DNA of 64,000 nucleotides from a plasmid: sequence record NZ_CP041047.1; one strand, 5' to 3'. Shown piece by piece: positions 57,271 to 64,000 of this stretch (position 1 is its first letter; each line of letters starts with the position of its first letter). The notes under the pieces were generated by a model. It saw only the letters and a program-made list of their open reading frames with translations, ran no database searches and was not told where the DNA came from. The position numbers and the translations under genes were made by a program.

Positions 57271-57641
57271 TCGACCTCCCCAATCCTGGCCTTCCTCCCT
57301 GCCTGGATCATTAGTTCGTGAGTAAGCTTCCTCGGTAGGTTTATCCGTGAAGTAATTTCGTGCAGATTTAAAGCAAATTGAAGTTCACGGCTGACGAATA
57401 AGCCGAGCTCAATGATATAGATAGCAAGACGTTCCCAGTCATTTAGCTCCTCATCGATGTCCTGATGATAAGCCTTGATGGCTGAGCTCACGGCTGCACC
57501 AACACGCTCTTCATGCGCTAGCGTTTTCAACAGAGCCAACATTCGCGCAGTGATGCCATCAACACATGGCCAGATCATGGTTAGCCCGTCATATGAGGCG
57601 AGATCATCTTTACGCTTTAATAGATTTTTGGTTTTAATCAT
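57255..57641 (-). CDS. hypothetical protein
   Basis: 128-aa ORF downstream of traD. Confidence 0.45.
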   Translation of the reverse strand: MIKTKNLLKRKDDLASYDGLTMIWPCVDGITARMLALLKTLAHEERVGAAVSSAIKAYHQDIDEELNDWERLAIYIIELGLFVSRELQFALNLHEITSRINLPRKLTHELMIQAGRKARIGEVECLTS

Positions 57642-57649
57642 AAAGACCC

Positions 57650-59620
57650 CTATGCGCTAATACGTGATGTTTCACCACGAACTTTCTGTTTTCGTTCGTA
57701 GATAGAAAGGAACTTTTTAGCCAATTTCCTGATACTAATTAGCTCTGAATCGTTCTTTGGCATTAAAATGATAGGTACTTTACCTTTAACAATTTTGTTT
57801 GCTTGATTAATAGCCATAAATTCTAGGTTTGGTAGCCAACCTAGCAATTGGGACTGGAATAGCTCGCCTTCTTCCTCCATCAAACGCTCCCCGACACTAC
57901 CGGTAATCTGCTCAGGATCAGCGCCCGCGCTAGAACCATGACCACGCATAATGTATTTAAATTTAGTCGGGGGGACGCGCTTCATAATTGCTTCTTGGGC
58001 ATCAGGGTCTGGTGTACGCAGCGCCGTAAAGTGGTTGGTATTGGTAACAACCTGCTTCATTTTGGCTTCTGAACCGAGGCGGGCTTCGAAGTCAGATGTT
58101 GATTGCGATGAAATAAATAACCGGAAACCAGCACCACGGGTTTTATTCAACATTTTAATGACCTGGTCGTTGATTACCTCTGCTGCTTCATCTATCAGTA
58201 CCATAACTGAAGCCAAGTCCTGGCCACCAGGTTTCAAAAAGTTGTATACCGTAGAACTGACCGATGTGATATCGGAAAGGAAAATCGAACCCACAGCTGA
58301 ACCCGTTTCTGCATCTGCAAGTGAATTCAACCCTAAATACAACATACCCCCGGTAGTGATGATATCCTGAATGTTAGAAATTGGACGCATGTCATTCAGT
58401 TCGTCTTCATCATTACTGTCAGGGGATAATAGTTCTGACATAAAGCCCTGGGTTAACTGGCTGAGTATAGGCATTACGTTCAAAATCATTTTCTGGAAGT
58501 GTTCGCGCTGATGGCCGAACATATCAATCCCCGCCTCAATAGAAGTATCACCTTTCCCTTTATTACCCTTAATATCATTACGATAAATATCAGCACAAAT
58601 CTCAGCAATTTCTTTCGGGCCTTTAATTTTAGATGAGTATCGTTCAATCTTCGCCTGCAAGATGATGTCAAAATCCGATTCACCTAATGTCTTGTGCCCG
58701 AACTTAGTGATTGCCAGAATCAATAGCGATGCTAACGAAGAGATATCAGCGCTTAGTTGTGATTTGATATTACGGAGTGTTGGTTTGATTTCACAAATCT
58801 TCATCAACTCAACAACAGTAGTCAATGACATAATACCAAACGATACAAACGGGTCACTCGTACTGTCTGCTCGTTGAATAACCGATGTGATCCTGTTGGC
58901 AACTTCACCGGCCTGCGTGTAGTTAGTAATAGGAGAAATTCGAGCTGACTTCTCAGGATGAGCTAAAGAAACATAATTATATTTTGACGACCGATCTACC
59001 AATTCGAGACAAAACTTCATCCATTCTGCGAGCTCTTCGTCATTTTTTGGATCTATGAGAATAAGCGGTTGTTTTTTTAGTGCAGCTTGAAGAATAAGCA
59101 GTTTGAAATATGTTGTTTTACCTGAACCGGTTGTACCAGTTACCAGAGTATGCAATGTTAAAAGCTCTTCCGAAATACCGACCCATTCGGTTTTCTTACC
59201 AAGCGCATGTATCCAACCGAGACCCATGAAATTTTTTGGCGGCTTAGCTATAAATTTCTTGATATCACGTTTTATCAGCTCTGAAGCCAGTTGCCCTTCA
59301 TTTTGCCCCCACTCAAAGCCCTTGCCGATTAGATAACTTTCAGGCTCACGAATCATCTGTTTTATAAATGATTTCATGTCCATGACGAGCGGTTTAGGTT
59401 TGCGTTTGAGTCGACGCTTATGAGTGTATATATCCCATGCCGCAGGGAGACTACGTATGCCATACGCGGCTTGTACGGCAACAGAAAGATAGCAGGGCAG
59501 TGATGGCATATTAAAAAGTGTATTAACCCCGATAGTGGCGGCTATGCCAGCTGTCCAGCCAAGAAGCTCAAGACCTTCAAAATTGGTGCGCCAACGTAAG
59601 TTATATTTCCACTCACTCAT
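57650..59620 (-). CDS. traD: type IV coupling protein TraD
   Basis: Walker A 'VTGTTGSGKTTY'; two N-terminal TMs; start trimmed to 59620, adjacent to the traI stop. Confidence 0.85.
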   Translation of the reverse strand: MSEWKYNLRWRTNFEGLELLGWTAGIAATIGVNTLFNMPSLPCYLSVAVQAAYGIRSLPAAWDIYTHKRRLKRKPKPLVMDMKSFIKQMIREPESYLIGKGFEWGQNEGQLASELIKRDIKKFIAKPPKNFMGLGWIHALGKKTEWVGISEELLTLHTLVTGTTGSGKTTYFKLLILQAALKKQPLILIDPKNDEELAEWMKFCLELVDRSSKYNYVSLAHPEKSARISPITNYTQAGEVANRITSVIQRADSTSDPFVSFGIMSLTTVVELMKICEIKPTLRNIKSQLSADISSLASLLILAITKFGHKTLGESDFDIILQAKIERYSSKIKGPKEIAEICADIYRNDIKGNKGKGDTSIEAGIDMFGHQREHFQKMILNVMPILSQLTQGFMSELLSPDSNDEDELNDMRPISNIQDIITTGGMLYLGLNSLADAETGSAVGSIFLSDITSVSSTVYNFLKPGGQDLASVMVLIDEAAEVINDQVIKMLNKTRGAGFRLFISSQSTSDFEARLGSEAKMKQVVTNTNHFTALRTPDPDAQEAIMKRVPPTKFKYIMRGHGSSAGADPEQITGSVGERLMEEEGELFQSQLLGWLPNLEFMAINQANKIVKGKVPIILMPKNDSELISIRKLAKKFLSIYERKQKVRGETSRISA

Positions 59621-62315
59621 CTTTATCCACCATTTGATTATGCATTCTTTCACTATTAGGAAGAATGTAGTCAACACCGGTCTTTGAATAGAAATCAAAG
59701 TGCATAAGCATAATTTTTTGCAATTGAGTAATATCAATGCCGAGTTCATCTGCAATACGTCGCTTTAAGGCAACGCTTATGGCAATAACAGGCTCTCCAG
59801 AATAGGTTCGCTTCAACATACCTTTTGAAATCATCTCATTACATAAATCTGTAATGTCGTAATCTTTATCTGAAACATCAGTTAAAGCAGAGTAAAGCAG
59901 ATGGTTAAACTTCCCGTCCATCAGCAAGTCGATATCATTATTAAGTTCTTTTCTGAGATAAAAGCACTTCTGAGTACGGTGAAAATAATACTGGGCTGGA
60001 GCTTCCATAAACCTTTGCCATAACCAGTTCGAGTCCTGAAGTAGCGAAAAATTACGTTCGTCAAAATCTTTATCAACAGTAATGATTAAGTGGCCTGATT
60101 CAATAAATAGGTCGTTTGCGTGGTCGGCAACATATTTAACGAGAAATTCTTTTGCAGCTTCAAGACCAGATACGTATAGCTGGCTGAATTTATCGTAAAA
60201 ATTAACATTAGCCGGTACGTTGTCTGATGTATCCGCATGAGCCGAGTAACCATAATCGTTATCAGCTTTCACGTCATCCTGCCACATGGAATCATAATCT
60301 TGGTATATTGAATAATCATCTATTACCTCACCAGACTGTATGCCGGTGTCGGCAGCATCCTGGTGCAGCTGAATTTCCTTTATTGCCTGCCGGGTAGGTG
60401 AGCGCGTGGGCTGATCGATTTCATCGCCTGAAGTTGGTTCGTTGCTATTATACGTGTTGATGATTGAATGAAACTCAAGAGTTTCGTTCAGAGTTTTATG
60501 GTTTGGTTCTTTTGTAAATGAACCGGGTGCAGAGAACTCAATTTCTGTTTGTGCTGATGCCAGGGTTTCTTTGAGCGAAAGTCGGCGTTTGGGTTCATTA
60601 CTCTCCGGTACTGGCTTTGGTTCATTAGCTTTGAGCTCATTTGGCTCACCGCTGACCACCGGCTCAGTTGTTGGTGAATTAGCGCCATCCTGACAGTCAT
60701 TTGGATTTTTGGGACTGGTATGTCTTTCCTTAACACGATTGTAGTCTTCATCAGAAAGCAAATTGAGCTTATGCAACAGTTCGTGGGCGTTTTCCGGCGT
60801 AACCTGTCGGTTTCCAAAAATACTCGCCAGTGGCGATTCCTGTTCTTCATCAATGATTGTCCCACCCTGTAAAACTGAGGGATCGACTTCCTTCGGTATC
60901 CCGGCTGACGGAACAGGTTTCTGTCCAATGTAGGGTTCGCTTTCGACAAGTTTCGGCTGGTTTGGCCTCCCGGTCAGGTATTCCACCCATTTCCCTTCGA
61001 TACGGATGCGGCTGCTGCATGGTAGAGGGTCAACAGTATCGACAAATAGTACTTCTGGAGATATCAGAAGGATGCAGCTCAGCGCCACTTTAGGGTCTTT
61101 GCTTTCTCTTGAGCTTTTATCATTCAAAATATGAGGGGCAATACGCCAGTATGCCGTGTCATCGTCCTGGTGAACGTTTGGTCGACAGAGATGATAACTC
61201 AGCATCAGGTCAGCCAGACTGTTCTGGGTTTGTGGAATAACAGAGCCGGAGTTCCTGACAGTCTCAATAATATCCTTGACCGCAACACCCCAGACGATGA
61301 ATACGCCATAGGTAGTCACCCATACAGGGCTTCCTGGCTTGTTCGGGATCCAATCACCTTTTTTCAATCTATGGCGCATGGCATCAACAACCCGCTGAAC
61401 CGCAGGTACGCCTGACTGGCTTGCACGAATCGCATCACCGGCGTATTGCCGCATATCATAGTTAACGGATGCTGAATCTGCGGCCTTAATGGTAGTGAGA
61501 ATTTTGTTTTTGACGTCCTGACCACTAAGCTTTTCTGCATTGAGCTGCGCACTGGCATTCAGTGCCCGGGTCAGTTCATTGAAAATATCATTCCCGCCGT
61601 TGAGCAAGTAAACATGCATTTCTTTTGGCATGATCATCAACAGCATATTGCTCGTGCTGGAGGTGTGCTGACGGTGACGGCCTGGTTTCCATACAAGATA
61701 GTATCTTTTTACGTTGTTCTCTTTTGCCCAGATATGGATTGGTTCATGGCCTGGTGGCCAGTGAATTTTCCCGTCTTCGTTCCATACTTCAAAATCGGTA
61801 AATGGTTTCCCGAGGTCATGAAGTAGCCCACCAGCTGCAACTGCAAGTCGCCATGCTAATGCCCGATTTGATTTATGTACGGGAACCGCCATTGAATCGA
61901 ACTCAATGTTTTTAGAACGCCGGATACACTGGAAACACACTTCTAATGAATGACGTAACAAACCGGTTGCAGCACGGTGGTGATGGTTTTCAGATGCAGG
62001 GAAGAGATGAACAAAGTTAGCGAAATTTACCAGCATTGGAAGAATAAGCTGATTGAACTCAGAGTCCCTTATATCCAGCTCTCGTTTAATCGCCATCACA
62101 AGCGGTTTCTGGTAATGACGTAATACGTACTCACCCGGTACTTGAGCCGGGAATCCGATTTCGCTTGCCGGATAGCGCATATTATCTCGTGAAGAAATGA
62201 GTTTTCCGATTTCTTCATCTACTGACGTATCGATTTCGTCACCGAATAGATCAGTGGTAGCCTTTTTGTTATCAGGCGAAAAGATATTCAGAACATTTTT
62301 AATGAGTCTCAGCAT
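59613..62315 (-). CDS. traI: MOB_H-family relaxase TraI (HD-hydrolase domain) with acidic C-terminal region
   Basis: 'ENHHHRAATGLLRHSLEV' and 'GGLLHDLGKPFTD' HD motifs; 900 aa. Confidence 0.8.
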   Translation of the reverse strand: MLRLIKNVLNIFSPDNKKATTDLFGDEIDTSVDEEIGKLISSRDNMRYPASEIGFPAQVPGEYVLRHYQKPLVMAIKRELDIRDSEFNQLILPMLVNFANFVHLFPASENHHHRAATGLLRHSLEVCFQCIRRSKNIEFDSMAVPVHKSNRALAWRLAVAAGGLLHDLGKPFTDFEVWNEDGKIHWPPGHEPIHIWAKENNVKRYYLVWKPGRHRQHTSSTSNMLLMIMPKEMHVYLLNGGNDIFNELTRALNASAQLNAEKLSGQDVKNKILTTIKAADSASVNYDMRQYAGDAIRASQSGVPAVQRVVDAMRHRLKKGDWIPNKPGSPVWVTTYGVFIVWGVAVKDIIETVRNSGSVIPQTQNSLADLMLSYHLCRPNVHQDDDTAYWRIAPHILNDKSSRESKDPKVALSCILLISPEVLFVDTVDPLPCSSRIRIEGKWVEYLTGRPNQPKLVESEPYIGQKPVPSAGIPKEVDPSVLQGGTIIDEEQESPLASIFGNRQVTPENAHELLHKLNLLSDEDYNRVKERHTSPKNPNDCQDGANSPTTEPVVSGEPNELKANEPKPVPESNEPKRRLSLKETLASAQTEIEFSAPGSFTKEPNHKTLNETLEFHSIINTYNSNEPTSGDEIDQPTRSPTRQAIKEIQLHQDAADTGIQSGEVIDDYSIYQDYDSMWQDDVKADNDYGYSAHADTSDNVPANVNFYDKFSQLYVSGLEAAKEFLVKYVADHANDLFIESGHLIITVDKDFDERNFSLLQDSNWLWQRFMEAPAQYYFHRTQKCFYLRKELNNDIDLLMDGKFNHLLYSALTDVSDKDYDITDLCNEMISKGMLKRTYSGEPVIAISVALKRRIADELGIDITQLQKIMLMHFDFYSKTGVDYILPNSERMHNQMVDKDE

Positions 62316-62464
62316 TAAAATATTTCTCCGGTTAAGTACCTTGTAAGTTAACTGATTGAGAGAAAATTCGTGCTGAAAAATGACGACGTTTTGTCTTCAT
62401 AAAACATAACGTCAAGGGCAGGAAATTAAGATAATGACGTTGCTATCCAATTGGAGACTAAGCG

Positions 62465-63034
62465 ATGAAATTGGCTAATAAAATTGTTTATCCCCTGCTG
62501 GTGGTTATTACCGGCGTAATCACCAGCGGTTGCAGTGGGTCAGGTAAACCTCAACGTACTTACCTCGACGAAACGCGCAATCTTCCGGCCAGGGCCGAGT
62601 ACCCTTACCAGTATCAGTACTCAGAATCCTGGCGTAGTACTGAACGCGGTGGCGCGGCGATACGTTACCCAGGGTATGAGCACACGCTCGTGAGTCCGTA
62701 TGCAATCAATGACCCATCAGGGAAGCGATATGTGGCTCATGACAATTACACCCAGGTCTTGCTCACTTCAGTGGCTAATACAAAGTATGCCAATGGGCCG
62801 CGTGGCACGTTCACCCAGACCCCAGCATTTTGCGGGGAAAATACCTTTCTCCTTCCTAATAACACACAGAACGCCAGCAGGGCCGAATACCTCCGCATCA
62901 AAGATAAATACTGCTCAACACCTGGTTATCGGTTAAGTGCCCACGAATTAAGTGTGCTTTCCAGTGGAGAACCGGAAGAGCTGCGGAAATATCGAATTCA
63001 GATGCAGATCGATAACCAACAACCTAAGTCCTAA
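62465..63034 (+). CDS. lipoprotein, unknown function
   Basis: lipobox 'ITSGCSGS'. Confidence 0.5.
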   Translation: MKLANKIVYPLLVVITGVITSGCSGSGKPQRTYLDETRNLPARAEYPYQYQYSESWRSTERGGAAIRYPGYEHTLVSPYAINDPSGKRYVAHDNYTQVLLTSVANTKYANGPRGTFTQTPAFCGENTFLLPNNTQNASRAEYLRIKDKYCSTPGYRLSAHELSVLSSGEPEELRKYRIQMQIDNQQPKS

Positions 63035-63057
63035 TCCATCTAAAACGCGAGGGTACA

Positions 63058-63957
63058 ATGGATAAGCAGAGAAACGAAAAGTGCAGTTCTGGAAATAAAT
63101 CGGTTTTTGCCTGGGCCGGGGGAATCGTTGTTGTAATCGGAATGATCTGGTTGATGGTAATTAGTTTTATCACGTACAAGACCCAGGTGATGACCAATCA
63201 ACTGCTGGATAAAATGAGCACATCGCTGGCCACGAATCCCGTGGCTCAATCGGGAGCAAAGGGAAATCTTCAGGATGAAGTAAAAGATGCTCTCAAGTCT
63301 ATCGCCGACCAAAAGCTCGCTGAAGAACGAAAGGCACTCTATAAAGGCTGGGACAAAGCAAATAAAAATACTGATGGCCGTTATATCTATGGCGAGCCGG
63401 GCGCTCGGTTTTCGCTGATCAACTATGAAGATCTGGAGTGTCCATTCTGTAAGCGCTTCAAAGAAACACCGAAGTATATCGTTGATACCGCGACAGCCGG
63501 GGCCGTAAACTGGGAGTGGCGTCACTACCCAATGTCATTCCATGAGCCGGTTGCATCGAAGGCCGCAGCTGTTGCTGAGTGTATTGCGGAGCAGAAAGGG
63601 CCGAGTGCTTTCTGGGCCGTTACTGATTACTGGTTTAACCATACTGAAACGAACGGTAAAGGTTTTAAGGATGCGGACAGTATCCCAGCACTGTTTGAGG
63701 TAGACCAGGCGAAGTATGATACCTGTATGGGCAGTACTGAAGTGATTAAGCGCATTAAGCAGGATATGGAGGCCGGTTCAGCTGCCGGTGTTGATGGTAC
63801 ACCAACAACGATTGTGCGAGATAATGTCACCGGTAAAGAAGTGTCTGTTGTAGGCGCACAACCCTTCTCAAAATTCGTAGAAGTGATCCAGGCTATGGTT
63901 ACCGATTCTCAGAAAGACACATCGGGCGAAACCTCACCGTCCCAACCAGAAAAATAG
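63058..63957 (+). CDS. DsbA-like thioredoxin-fold protein (membrane-anchored)
   Basis: N-terminal TM; 'LECPFCKRF' CxxC. Confidence 0.65.
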   Translation: MDKQRNEKCSSGNKSVFAWAGGIVVVIGMIWLMVISFITYKTQVMTNQLLDKMSTSLATNPVAQSGAKGNLQDEVKDALKSIADQKLAEERKALYKGWDKANKNTDGRYIYGEPGARFSLINYEDLECPFCKRFKETPKYIVDTATAGAVNWEWRHYPMSFHEPVASKAAAVAECIAEQKGPSAFWAVTDYWFNHTETNGKGFKDADSIPALFEVDQAKYDTCMGSTEVIKRIKQDMEAGSAAGVDGTPTTIVRDNVTGKEVSVVGAQPFSKFVEVIQAMVTDSQKDTSGETSPSQPEK

Positions 63958-63971
63958 AAATAAATAAGAGC

Positions 63972-64000
63972 CCTGAATTAAACCAGGGCTCTTTTTTCAA
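63972..64000 (+). terminator. rho-independent terminator
   Basis: agagccctg-aattaaac-cagggctc + T6. Confidence 0.7.

Noticed and set aside
1..64000. Search for CRISPR arrays, tRNA/rRNA genes, integrase/att sites and a replication initiator
   Set aside because: No regularly spaced short repeats with unique spacers, no tRNA-like cloverleaf candidates, no tyrosine/serine recombinase or Rep motifs found in any listed ORF; these functions are presumably outside this window.

Overview
The window is almost entirely the backbone of a conjugative element (plasmid or ICE) of the MOB_H / MPF_F type, related to the SXT/R391, IncA/C and IncHI group, with roughly enterobacterial GC content (~48%).

**Transfer genes, minus strand, 41.6-62.3 kb:**
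- traI, an HD-domain MOB_H relaxase.
- traD, the coupling protein.
- traL-E-K-B-V.
- A YadA-like trimeric autotransporter adhesin gene split by an IS3-family insertion (with orfA/orfB, a frameshift site and an 'AAG' target duplication).
- dsbC-like, traC, a TraF-type signal peptidase, traW and traU.

**Second transfer block, minus strand, 17.7-27.2 kb:** traF-traH-traG-traN, with a small HTH protein directly upstream.

**Accessory block between the two, 27.3-40.5 kb:** about 18 minus-strand genes. Recognisable ones are an ssb-like, a RecT-type annealase and a YqaJ-type exonuclease, plus a MoxR-type AAA+ ATPase paired with a VWA-domain protein (a CobS/CobT-like pair). Most of the rest are unrecognisable. 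Each gene is followed by a hairpin terminator (clear for most) and preceded by a conserved AT-rich box and a strongly conserved SD plus start.

**Plus-strand block, 12.4-17.7 kb:** an actin-like parM/parR module with upstream ~157-bp-spaced iterons and operator inverted repeats, followed by a lytic transglycosylase and three unknown genes.

**First 12 kb:** small minus-strand hypothetical genes typical of a leading or variable region. Many are preceded by two exact, highly over-represented 12-13-mers (CAGGTGACGAAGG and CGTTTTGTTTAC) that look like a shared cis-regulatory signature.

Several ORF-free, repeat- or hairpin-rich stretches (5.0-5.8 kb, 10.0-10.4 kb, 11.1-12.0 kb) may hold ncRNA, origin or transfer-origin functions.

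No rRNA, tRNA, CRISPR array, integrase or replication initiator was recognised.
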